Of a DNA stretch of 54,253 nt, positions 18,254-26,917 are shown piece by piece. Each line of letters starts with the position of its first letter. Within the stretch, counting starts at the first letter, position 1. A program made the position numbers and the translations under genes. The DNA comes from an uncultured Erysipelotrichaceae bacterium (GTDB taxonomy: Bacteria > Bacillota_I > Bacilli_A > Erysipelotrichales > Erysipelotrichaceae). The stretch spans positions 1-54,253 of the forward strand of contig CACYEP010000075.1 in NCBI GenBank assembly GCA_902773425.1, read 5' to 3'. The notes below the pieces were generated by a model. It did no database searches and was not told where the DNA came from. It saw nothing but the letters and a program-made list of their open reading frames with translations.

Positions 18254-20794
18254 TTAGGACTCCTTCTTTCCGGCTAGCTCCTTTAAGTCCGACACCAGCT
18301 GCAGCGCCGCTATCGGCGTCATTGCGTTCGGATCGGTCATTTCCAGAACCTTGCGTATCTTGTCCAGATTCTCCGGCACTTTTTCCATCATGATCATCTG
18401 CGTCTGCGCATTGCGCTTGGACGCGTTCTGCGTTTCCATGACTTTCAATAATACTTTCGCGCGTTCCAATACACTTTCCGGAAGATCCGCGAGTTTCGCA
18501 ACGTTAATACCGTACGAACGGTCTGCGGCACCCTTCTTAACTTTATATAGGAACGTGATCACATCATCCGCCTCATGAACGGTGACATGTACATTCTGAA
18601 TCGTGGAATGTGTTTCTTCCAGGCTGGTGAGCTCGTGATAGTGCGTCGAGAACATCGTCTTCGCCTCAATACAGGTCGTAATGTACTCAACGATCGCCTG
18701 TGCCAAGGCCATTCCGTCGTAAGTTGCGGTCCCCCGCCCGATTTCATCAAACAGGATAAACGAATTCTTGGTCGCGTTCTTTAACGCGTGGTTCGCTTCA
18801 TTCATTTCCACCATGAAGGTCGACTGTCCGGCCATCAAATCGTCGGAAGCTCCGATCCGGGTGAAAACTTTGTCGAAAATCGGAAGTTCGCACTTTTTGG
18901 CCGGCACGTAACATCCGATTTGCGCCATAATCAGAATCAGCACCGTCTGCCGCATATAGGTGGATTTACCGCCCATGTTCGGACCGGTGATGATCAAGAC
19001 ATTTGTTTCAGGATCCATGACGACGCTGTTGGCGATATACGGAGTATCGGAATGCACGCTTTCCAAAATCGGATGTCTTCCGCTTTCAATACGGAGATTC
19101 CGGTCATGGTTAAAGACCGGCCGTACATACCCCGGTTTCGCGCTCGCTTCCGCCAGGGAATAATACGCGTCTGCCTTCGCAAGCGCCTTCGCCAATCTCT
19201 GAAGATCCGGAATGTTCACCTTCAGTTGTTCGACAAGTTCCGCGAATAATCTCGACTCCAATTTGACCGCACGTTCTTCCGCGTGTAAAATCTCGTCCTC
19301 TTTCTCTTTCAGTTCCTGAGTGATAAACCGTTCGTTGTTGGTGAGAGTCTGTTTACGGATATACCCCCATTCATCCTGAACCAGAGAAAGGTTTCCTTTG
19401 CTGATTTCGATATAATATCCGAATACACGGTTATACCCGATCCGGAGGTTTTTGATTCCTGTCCGTTCTTTTTCCTTCGCTTCGAATTCAGCCAGCCACG
19501 CCTTGGAATTCTTACCGATTTTGCGGAGTTCATCCAGGTCTTCATTGTATCCTTCCCGGAACATTCCGCCCTCGTTTGTCAATACCGGCGGATCCTCTAC
19601 AAAGGCGTCTTTGACCAGCTCATCACATGCGTGCCCATCCGGCACAGACGCGAAGTCTTCATCGATTCCGGACTTGCGCATAATCTCCAGAATTTCCGGT
19701 GCGGAGGACAAAGTCTTGTGTAACCTTACACAATCTTTCGCATTCACACTTCCCAAGGCGATCCTTGAAATCAACCGTTCCAGGTCATACACATCTCCCA
19801 TCCGCTCTTTGAGTTTTCCTTTGGAGATGTAGTTGCGGTTCAGCCACGCAATCATGTCCTGGCGCTTCAGAATTTCTTCTTCATTTACCAACGGATATTC
19901 CACCCATTTACGCAGTGTCCTGGAGCCCATAGAGCTTTGGCAATGGTCCAAAAATCCCCAAACCGTCGTACTTTTTGACGACGTGCGCAATGGCGCGGTC
20001 AGTTCAAGATTCAGTTTGGTCGAATAGTCCATGTACATGAACTCATCTTCTCTGGATAAGGTAAGCACCTCCAGATTCCGGATCGCCTTTTTCTGGGTTG
20101 CTTCCAGGTAGTTTACCAATCTGCCGAATGACTCCGCAATTCTCGCATCTCTTATGTTACCTAAGAGTTCTTCGTATTCCGGTTTCAAGGTGTCATCATC
20201 GCACGAGGATACCGTCACACCGGATAAGCGCACCCACGCTTTGGTGCGCGCAGCCTTCGCTTCCGCCGGAGTCAATACAACCTCGCGGACATTCTTTGTG
20301 CGTAAAAATTGAATCAGATCCGTCTCATCTTTTTCTAAAAGATACGCCTTGGTTTCTCCGGTCGCCAGCTCTGCCAAAGTAACCGCGTAACCGTATTGGT
20401 AGTCATTCAATGAACCCAGATAAACCGACATGCGTTCATCCTGCAGTTCGTCGGTCGATGTACCCGGAGTAATCACACGGATGATATCCCGCTTCACAAG
20501 TCCGACCGCTTCCGCCGGATCTTCCATCTGTTCGGCGATGGCAACCTTATATCCTTTTTGGATCAGTCTTTGTATATAGCTGTTGACTGCGTGATGCGGA
20601 ACTCCGCACATCGGAACGCGGTCTTCCTGTCCGGCATTTCTTCCGGTCAGCACAAGATCCAGTTCCCTCGACGCAATCTTCGCATCTTCCATGAACAGTT
20701 CATAAAAATCTCCGAGCCTGTAGAACAACAGGGTGTCGGGGTATTGTTCTTTCATGGAAAGATAGTGCTTCATCATCGGTGTATATTCTGCCAT
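18254..20794 (-). CDS. mutS: DNA mismatch repair protein MutS
   Basis: TPMMKHYL...FYRLGDFYELF N-terminus, ITGPNMGGKSTYMRQ Walker A, and STFMVEM. Confidence 0.95.
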   Translation of the reverse strand: MAEYTPMMKHYLSMKEQYPDTLLFYRLGDFYELFMEDAKIASRELDLVLTGRNAGQEDRVPMCGVPHHAVNSYIQRLIQKGYKVAIAEQMEDPAEAVGLVKRDIIRVITPGTSTDELQDERMSVYLGSLNDYQYGYAVTLAELATGETKAYLLEKDETDLIQFLRTKNVREVVLTPAEAKAARTKAWVRLSGVTVSSCDDDTLKPEYEELLGNIRDARIAESFGRLVNYLEATQKKAIRNLEVLTLSREDEFMYMDYSTKLNLELTAPLRTSSKSTTVWGFLDHCQSSMGSRTLRKWVEYPLVNEEEILKRQDMIAWLNRNYISKGKLKERMGDVYDLERLISRIALGSVNAKDCVRLHKTLSSAPEILEIMRKSGIDEDFASVPDGHACDELVKDAFVEDPPVLTNEGGMFREGYNEDLDELRKIGKNSKAWLAEFEAKEKERTGIKNLRIGYNRVFGYYIEISKGNLSLVQDEWGYIRKQTLTNNERFITQELKEKEDEILHAEERAVKLESRLFAELVEQLKVNIPDLQRLAKALAKADAYYSLAEASAKPGYVRPVFNHDRNLRIESGRHPILESVHSDTPYIANSVVMDPETNVLIITGPNMGGKSTYMRQTVLILIMAQIGCYVPAKKCELPIFDKVFTRIGASDDLMAGQSTFMVEMNEANHALKNATKNSFILFDEIGRGTATYDGMALAQAIVEYITTCIEAKTMFSTHYHELTSLEETHSTIQNVHVTVHEADDVITFLYKVKKGAADRSYGINVAKLADLPESVLERAKVLLKVMETQNASKRNAQTQMIMMEKVPENLDKIRKVLEMTDPNAMTPIAALQLVSDLKELAGKKES

Positions 20795-20908
20795 AGAAAC
20801 CTCACTTCTTTTTATTATACCATAAACGCCTTCCGGCGACTTTTTTCCTGCGCCCGATACCTGAATTCTTTCTTTCTCTTCTTCCCCGTATAAGGCGCCT
20901 GAGGCATC

Positions 20909-20937
20909 AAAAAACGGACTCTCTATCGAAAGTCCGT
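20909..20937 (-). terminator. intrinsic terminator downstream of the PTS-like gene
   Basis: On the minus strand, ACGGACT...AGTCCGT forms a hairpin followed by TTTTTT. Confidence 0.65.
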
Positions 20938-20942
20938 AGGTC

Positions 20943-22526
20943 TTAATCTGTTTTAACCTCCGACGAGGTTACCACCGGTTTTGACATCCGGTCATCCAAG
21001 TATTTCTGAACCGCTTCATTTAACTTCAGTCTGAGGTGGGAACTCCGCGGTCCGAACTGAAGATCAATGCCTGCCCTCGTATTCACGATCCGGTACGCAC
21101 CCAATTCGATCAGATGTGCGTTGTTCATGCGGCTCGGATCATATAAATGTACGGTGATGGAATCGAAAGTCGAATGAACGTACCGGATATTGGCGGTTCC
21201 GCCCAGGGCATCAATGACATCGTTCGTATATTTTTCATCTTTACGGCCGTCCAGAAGCTCTCCGGTCATATGCCGGTAATAAACTCTCGGGATCACAAGA
21301 TACAGCACGAAGTACAGGATTCCGGCAATCAGAAGCCCGATTACCATGGATGAATAATTCGGATTCGGAATATACGGTATCAAAGACAACAGGTTTCCCG
21401 GAAGCGCATTCTGAAGCGTCCCGGTATACGCATAACCGATCATGATACCAAGCCTCGGCAGTGCCGCGTACAGAATAGAAACTCCGATCGTATGAATGAA
21501 GAACAGCGCGGGCGCGGTGATGGCCAGGAACAGGTTCAGCGGAACCGTGTATCCCGAGAATACCGATGTCAGGATCGCCAGGATCATCAATCCGGTTACC
21601 CTGCGCCGTTTTAATTTATCGGTGGTTAAGGAATACAGCGCAATAATCAGCGCCGGTACGGCGAAGAGGTTCAGGATATAGTGCGGAGTGATGAATCTTC
21701 CGTAATTGATCCGGGAAGAGTTCATTTGTACGAAGGTCGTCCATAACCGGACGTCTCCGATGTATGTTTTCCCGAAGTTATCCATCCAGGTTCCGCCCAT
21801 CGAGCCGAACCAGAACGGTTCATGAAGAAGATCCTGCAGGCCGAAGACACTCAAGACCTGTTCAAGCATTCCGTAGAAGAACAGGTTCGACGGATTGTAG
21901 ATATCCGAAGAGATATAAGTCATCATCTCTTCAATGCCTTTTAATACATATGACCATCCGAACGCAAACCCCAATCCGAACACTGCCGACCAGAATGACG
22001 CGTTTAACAATGACCATACATCGTTATTGATGTATCCGAAAATTCCGTACGCGAAACGTTTTCTGGATTGCTTGTAGGTAAATGACACGATCCATCCGAT
22101 CACCAGCGCACCGGTCAGTCCGACAAACAGCGGATATTTCACGGTAGCCGCGCTTCCGTAGACCGTGTTCCAGGACATTCCCAGTGACGTGTTATATTGA
22201 TGAACCGGAAGATTGAAAGGTCCGTAGAACATCATCACGATGTTGAAAAGGATATAACCGACCACACCGTTCAATACCGGGAACGCGTCTTCAAACCGTT
22301 TGGAGATATACCGTACCAAAAACAGCAGCGGGAACATCTTCTCCAGGTAGCTTCCCATGAACATCATCGACGCGCACAGCGTGCTGAGCCAGTCCGCTCC
22401 TCCGCCGAACAGCGAAAGGATCTGCGGGTCGCTGAAGAAGTTTCCTGTGCCTTTTAAAATTGCCGCAATAAACAGCAGTACCAGAGGATATTTATAAACA
22501 TCCCATAAGGAATATAGTTTTTTCAT
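20943..22526 (-). CDS. PTS EIIC-EIIB-like membrane protein (glucose superfamily) with degenerate catalytic signatures
   Basis: About 10 TM helices plus a C-terminal EIIB-like module (VIDALGGTANI...). The EIIC G-I-T-E-P motif reads A-I-T-A-P, and the EIIB C-I-T-R-L-R phospho-Cys motif reads S-T-F-D-S-I-T. Confidence 0.65.
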   Translation of the reverse strand: MKKLYSLWDVYKYPLVLLFIAAILKGTGNFFSDPQILSLFGGGADWLSTLCASMMFMGSYLEKMFPLLFLVRYISKRFEDAFPVLNGVVGYILFNIVMMFYGPFNLPVHQYNTSLGMSWNTVYGSAATVKYPLFVGLTGALVIGWIVSFTYKQSRKRFAYGIFGYINNDVWSLLNASFWSAVFGLGFAFGWSYVLKGIEEMMTYISSDIYNPSNLFFYGMLEQVLSVFGLQDLLHEPFWFGSMGGTWMDNFGKTYIGDVRLWTTFVQMNSSRINYGRFITPHYILNLFAVPALIIALYSLTTDKLKRRRVTGLMILAILTSVFSGYTVPLNLFLAITAPALFFIHTIGVSILYAALPRLGIMIGYAYTGTLQNALPGNLLSLIPYIPNPNYSSMVIGLLIAGILYFVLYLVIPRVYYRHMTGELLDGRKDEKYTNDVIDALGGTANIRYVHSTFDSITVHLYDPSRMNNAHLIELGAYRIVNTRAGIDLQFGPRSSHLRLKLNEAVQKYLDDRMSKPVVTSSEVKTD

Positions 22527-22578
22527 TCTTCACCTCGTGTATATAATATAACATAGAATTAAGGAAGAGGCAGGAAGA

Positions 22579-23007
22579 ATGACGCAAACAAAGATCTGTA
22601 CGACCCAATCGGATTTCTTTTCGGTAATGCATGTGCGAAGCCGTGTTTTCATGGACGAACAAAATGTTTCCCCTTTGATCGAACTGGATGACCGGGATTT
22701 TGATGCCGTCCATATCGTTTCTTATGCGGACGGTAAGCCCTGCGCATCCTGCCGGATCCTGAAGGAAGACGGATATGCCGTGCTCGGAAGACTGGCGGTT
22801 ATGCCGGAATACCGGAAGAAAGGCCTCGGATCCGAAGTTCTGAAATTCGCGGAAGAAACCGCAAAATCCCTCGGATACAGTGAACTGCGTCTTCACGCGC
22901 AATATCACGCCCGTCATTTTTATGAAGAAAACGGCTATCTCCCGTACGGAGAAACCTTCTATGAAGCCGGAATCCTTCATATTTCCATGAAAAAGGAGCT
23001 TTTATGA
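22579..23007 (+). CDS. GNAT family N-acetyltransferase
   Basis: 142 aa with the acetyl-CoA binding motif LAVMPEYRKKGLGSEVL and a C-terminal FYEENGY. Confidence 0.8.
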   Translation: MTQTKICTTQSDFFSVMHVRSRVFMDEQNVSPLIELDDRDFDAVHIVSYADGKPCASCRILKEDGYAVLGRLAVMPEYRKKGLGSEVLKFAEETAKSLGYSELRLHAQYHARHFYEENGYLPYGETFYEAGILHISMKKELL

Positions 23008-23546
23008 ATCAGAATTTAGAAGTCGAATACAAAGTCATGGTGTCAAAAGAAGAGTATGACCGGATCCTGAGGGAATTTCCCGGTTATCATGAAATCACCC
23101 AGACGAATCATTACTACCACGGAAATCCGGAGGACATCTATTTCCGTTTCCGCGATTTAGGCGATCATTACCTGTTTACCCATAAGGAGAAAGCCGCAAA
23201 GGGGAAAATGGAATTCGAGAAAGAATTCCGGCGCATTGATCTCAACGACCCCGAACTTCTTTCCTATCTGGCCTCCAAGAACATTCTTCCGCCATACACC
23301 GAAGCCGCTTCCCTGACCACGGTAAGAAGAGAACTGGATCTGGAAGATGAAGCCAATCTCTGTATGGATGAGAACCGTTACGGAGATATCACCGACTATG
23401 AGATCGAATATGAAATCACCGGTGAAAAAGGATCCCTGAAACGCTTTAAGGAACTTTTGAAAAAAGCCGGTATCCGGTATAAAAAGTCTCCCGCCTCCAA
23501 ACAAAAACGCGCCCTGGAAGAAGCGCGCAGAACTTCAGATAAATAA
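23004..23546 (+). CDS. CYTH-domain protein (triphosphate tunnel metalloenzyme, YjbK-like)
   Basis: N-terminal E-x-E-x-K (LEVEYKVMV) and a repeated charged beta-strand pattern (YEIEYEI). ATGA overlap with the GNAT stop. Confidence 0.75.
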   Translation: MNQNLEVEYKVMVSKEEYDRILREFPGYHEITQTNHYYHGNPEDIYFRFRDLGDHYLFTHKEKAAKGKMEFEKEFRRIDLNDPELLSYLASKNILPPYTEAASLTTVRRELDLEDEANLCMDENRYGDITDYEIEYEITGEKGSLKRFKELLKKAGIRYKKSPASKQKRALEEARRTSDK

Positions 23547-23574
23547 CTCCCGGAATCATCCTCCGGGAGTTTTG
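23545..23574. terminator. bidirectional terminator between the convergent CYTH and 308-aa genes
   Basis: AACTCCCGGA (23545-23554) pairs with TCCGGGAGTT (23562-23571), followed by TTG. Confidence 0.6.
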
Positions 23575-23582
23575 ATAATAAG

Positions 23583-24509
23583 TTATCCGGCTGTCTTAAG
23601 ATGTACGTTTTGCGGAAGTTCAAAGTGTTCTTCCAGATACTCTTTTACTTCCGGCCTGACCAGCGCCGTTAATTGATATATATCTTTTTCTTTCGACAGT
23701 TCTTTTGCCCACATCGCAAGATGACCGACGAAAGTTTTTATTTTTTCCGTGTCGCGGACATTGATCAGGCACGGGAACCAGATGGTTCCGCCGGTTTCTT
23801 CATCTTTATAATACATATTCCCGCTTTCATTGACACGGCGGATGCCTTCATCCTCCCCAATCAGCGCCTGCATCGCCGAAAATCCTGATTTTAAAACACT
23901 TTTCGGCAACTCTAAATCCGGGATAGATTCCTGTAAAACAGAAACTCTATTCCTGCGTAAGTCTTTGTACAACCAGTCTTCCTGGGCCTCATTGTCCGTC
24001 ATTGTGGAGGTCCAGTAGTTCAAACCAACCTTTTTTGCCGCGTTCAGAAGCTTGTAGGTATAATCACTTTTTCCGTCGTATGTGTAGGTATAACTTTCCA
24101 GGTTCAGCGGAAGTTCCATCCCGATGTCGGAAGGAAAGACCGGGTCATTGAAAAACACCACATGATCTATGAACAGGGAACTGATCTTATCCGGAACTTT
24201 TTTCGCGTAATCCCGGATGGCGGACTCGAACGCGTCCAAAGTCGCATACCCGTTTTTATCTCCGTATTTCTTCCACATTGTCGAAAGACTGAGACGTTCC
24301 GAACGGACATACTCGCCGTATCCGATAATTCCTTTTTCACGCTTTCTTCCCGGCACGTCCGTCTTCGTCAAAAAGAAGATCAGATCGCCCGGAAAGAACT
24401 TTTTCATCCGCGTTTTGGAAAGAGGACGCCAGAAGTTTAATTCGTTTGCCCCGTTGATCCGGTGATACTCGATCATCTCCCGGTCTGTCACATATATACA
24501 GGAAGCCAT
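23583..24509 (-). CDS. hypothetical protein, 308 aa, no confidently recognised domain
   Basis: Clean ORF with a GGGGTGA RBS, 41 nt downstream of fhs with no terminator between them. The N-terminal ~110 aa (NFWRP...FFPGDLIFF...GIIGYG...MWKKYGDKNGY) looks like a small beta-barrel reader-type module, but this is only an impression. Confidence 0.6.
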   Translation of the reverse strand: MASCIYVTDREMIEYHRINGANELNFWRPLSKTRMKKFFPGDLIFFLTKTDVPGRKREKGIIGYGEYVRSERLSLSTMWKKYGDKNGYATLDAFESAIRDYAKKVPDKISSLFIDHVVFFNDPVFPSDIGMELPLNLESYTYTYDGKSDYTYKLLNAAKKVGLNYWTSTMTDNEAQEDWLYKDLRRNRVSVLQESIPDLELPKSVLKSGFSAMQALIGEDEGIRRVNESGNMYYKDEETGGTIWFPCLINVRDTEKIKTFVGHLAMWAKELSKEKDIYQLTALVRPEVKEYLEEHFELPQNVHLKTAG

Positions 24510-24550
24510 TTCATCACCCCGCTGCCTAGATTGCTGTATACTTATACGGC

Positions 24551-26218
24551 TTAGAACAAGCCGAAGATCGACCCGTCATCGTTTACGCCGATTTGGTTGG
24601 CGGCCGGAACCTTCGGCAATCCCGGCATCGTCATGACGTTTCCGGTCAGAACTACGATGAATCCTGCGCCATTGGAGATGCGCAATTCCTTGACGGTTAC
24701 CGTGAAGTCTTTCGGCGCACCGAGCAGTTTTGCGTTATCGCTTAAGGAACTCTGTGTCTTTGCGACGCACACCGGTAATTGATCCCAGCCGAATGTACGG
24801 AAGGTCTCCAGCTGTGCTTTCGCACTGTCTGTCATCACAAAGCCGTTCCCTCCGTATACATTTTTGACGATTTTGTTAAGTTTTTCTTCGAATGGATCGC
24901 TTAATTCATAGAAGTTATGCAGTTCGGAAGGAATCTCCGTCATTCTCACAACCTCTTCCGCAAGCTCAATCATGCCTTCACCGCCTTTGGCCCAGCCGTT
25001 TGCCGCAATCATGCGAAGACCGTTTTCCTGAGCCAGGCGGAACACGCACTCTTTTTCAGCGTCCGTGTCCAGATAGAATTCATTCAGCGCCAGCACAAAC
25101 GGGATTCCTGACTTCTTCAGCGTATCCGCATGTTTTAAGACGTTCTCAAAGCCTTTTTCAATTGCCGGAACATTCTCTTCCTTTAGATTTTCATACAGGA
25201 CACCGCCGTGAAGTTTGAGTGCGCGGATCGTTACGACCAGCACTACCGCGGAAGGTTTTATCCCGGCTGTCCGGCATTTGATATCCATGAATTTTTCTGC
25301 GCCGAGGTCCGCGCCGAACCCCGCCTCCGTGACAACATAATCTGCCAGTTTCAGCGCGGTCTTTGTCGCGATGACGGAATTACAGCCGTGTGCGATATTC
25401 GCAAACGGTCCGCCGTGAATGAAGAACGGTGTATGTTCCAAGGACTGTACAAGATTCGGTTTCAGCGCGTCCATCATTAAAGCTGTTACCGCGCCGCCGA
25501 CCTGAAGATCTGCGACGGTTACCGGTTTGCCTTCCCGATTCAGCGCCACAACAATTTCATCCACTCTCCGGTTGAAATCCTTGAAATCTTTGGAAAGGCA
25601 CAGGATTGCCATGATTTCCGATGCTACCGTGATATTGAACCCATCGGAGCGTTCGACTCCGTTTTTGTCTCCGATACCGACTGTAATCTTTCGCAGCGAC
25701 CGGTCGTTCATATCCATCGCACGTTTCCATAAGACCCTCTCCGGATCAATATTTAACGGATTTCCCTGGAACAGGGAGTTATCCAGCGCCGCGCTGATCA
25801 GATTGTTGGCAGCCGTGATCGCATGCAAATCTCCGGTGAAATGGAGGTTAATGTCTTCCATCGGAATCACCTGCGCATATCCTCCGCCGGTAGCTCCGCC
25901 TTTGATGCCGAACACCGGTCCTAAGGAAGGTTCACGCAGGCACCCCATAACCTTCTTACCGATCCGGGACAAACCGTCTGCCAGACCGACCGTAGTTGTC
26001 GTCTTGCCCTCTCCGGCTTTGGTCGGCGTGATTGCCGTTACCAAAATCAGTTTTCCGTCCGGCCGTCCTTCCAGCGAGCGGATAAACTCCGTTCCGACTT
26101 TTGCCTTATATTTTCCGTAGTATTCCAATTCACTTTCCGGAATTCCGGCTTTTTCAGCGATCTTGGCGATGGGTTCCGGCATGACTTCATGCGAAATCTC
26201 AATATCGGTTTTTGGCAT
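24551..26218 (-). CDS. fhs: formate--tetrahydrofolate ligase
   Basis: PTKAGEGKTTTTVGL P-loop and overall FTHFS similarity. Start moved to ATG 26218 (MPKTDIEI) because GGAGG lies 6 nt upstream. Confidence 0.9.
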   Translation of the reverse strand: MPKTDIEISHEVMPEPIAKIAEKAGIPESELEYYGKYKAKVGTEFIRSLEGRPDGKLILVTAITPTKAGEGKTTTTVGLADGLSRIGKKVMGCLREPSLGPVFGIKGGATGGGYAQVIPMEDINLHFTGDLHAITAANNLISAALDNSLFQGNPLNIDPERVLWKRAMDMNDRSLRKITVGIGDKNGVERSDGFNITVASEIMAILCLSKDFKDFNRRVDEIVVALNREGKPVTVADLQVGGAVTALMMDALKPNLVQSLEHTPFFIHGGPFANIAHGCNSVIATKTALKLADYVVTEAGFGADLGAEKFMDIKCRTAGIKPSAVVLVVTIRALKLHGGVLYENLKEENVPAIEKGFENVLKHADTLKKSGIPFVLALNEFYLDTDAEKECVFRLAQENGLRMIAANGWAKGGEGMIELAEEVVRMTEIPSELHNFYELSDPFEEKLNKIVKNVYGGNGFVMTDSAKAQLETFRTFGWDQLPVCVAKTQSSLSDNAKLLGAPKDFTVTVKELRISNGAGFIVVLTGNVMTMPGLPKVPAANQIGVNDDGSIFGLF

Positions 26219-26229
26219 GATACCCTCCA

Positions 26230-26245
26230 TGTTTCACGTGAAACA
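26230..26245. promoter_or_regulatory. parS: parS (ParB/Spo0J binding site), perfect 16-bp consensus palindrome
   Basis: TGTTTCACGTGAAACA exactly. Located in the fhs 5' leader between the -10 element and the RBS. Confidence 0.8.
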
Positions 26246-26257
26246 ATTCTTTTCTAT

Positions 26258-26266
26258 ATTATACCA
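26258..26266 (-). promoter_or_regulatory. extended -10 element (TGgTATAAT), candidate fhs promoter
   Basis: The minus strand reads TTTGGTATAATA. The -35 is weak. It lies downstream of the recR terminator. Confidence 0.35.
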
Positions 26267-26298
26267 AATCTATCTATGTTTTAGGCACGGATCGTGCA

Positions 26299-26327
26299 TA
26301 GAAAAAGGAAAGCCTCAGCTTTCCTTG
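26299..26327 (-). terminator. intrinsic terminator of recR (stop codon in the loop)
   Basis: AAGGAAAGC (26305-26313) pairs with GCTTTCCTT (26318-26326). On the minus strand it is followed by TTTCTAT. Confidence 0.6.
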
Positions 26328-26905
26328 GTTCTTCCTTCCATTGCTTTGATCAATGTCAATTCATCGGCGTAGTCCAGATTGCCTCCCATCGGAAGCCCGT
26401 GCGCCAGCCGGCTCACTTCCGTATTTTTTTCCTTCAGGATTTTGGAAAGATACAGCGCCGTGGTTTCACCTTCCATCGTCGGATTCGTCGCCAGGATGAC
26501 TTCCTCCACATTTTCATCCACTCTGTCCAGAAGTGACGGAATGTTGATGTGATCCGGCAGGATCCCTTTGGCCGGCGAGATTGCGCCATTCAGCACATGG
26601 TATACGCCTTTGTATCCGGTCTTTTCCAGCGCGAAGATATCTTTCGCTTCCTGCACAACACAGATCACCGCATGATTTCTGGAATCATCCGCGCAGATGT
26701 CGCAGATTTCTCCTTCCGTGATATTTCCGCAAATCCGGCAATACCGGATCTTCTTTTTCAGATTCAGCAAATCCTCCGCAAACATCTCGACTTCTTCTTC
26801 ATCTTTTTCCAGAATCCGCAGCGCATAACGTTCCGCCGTTTTGGCGCCTACGCCCGGAAGACTCTTAAAATCTTCGATTAATTTCAGAATGCTTTTGGGA
26901 TACAT
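26315..26905 (-). CDS. recR: recombination protein RecR
   Basis: MYPKSILKLIEDFKSLPGVGAKTAER HhH motif, the C4 zinc finger CRICGNITEGEICDIC, and a Toprim domain. Start at ATG 26905 with AGGTGA 5 nt upstream. Confidence 0.9.
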   Translation of the reverse strand: MYPKSILKLIEDFKSLPGVGAKTAERYALRILEKDEEEVEMFAEDLLNLKKKIRYCRICGNITEGEICDICADDSRNHAVICVVQEAKDIFALEKTGYKGVYHVLNGAISPAKGILPDHINIPSLLDRVDENVEEVILATNPTMEGETTALYLSKILKEKNTEVSRLAHGLPMGGNLDYADELTLIKAMEGRTKES

Positions 26906-26917
26906 ATCATTCACCTG

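Noticed and set aside
26230-26245. CACGTG-centred palindrome considered as a transcription-factor operator (cre, Rex, Fnr or E-box-like)
   Set aside because: The arms are in the opposite arrangement to cre (TGAAA-N-CG-N-TTTCA) and do not fit Rex or Fnr half-sites. The 16-mer is exactly the parS consensus and recurs inside dnaX.
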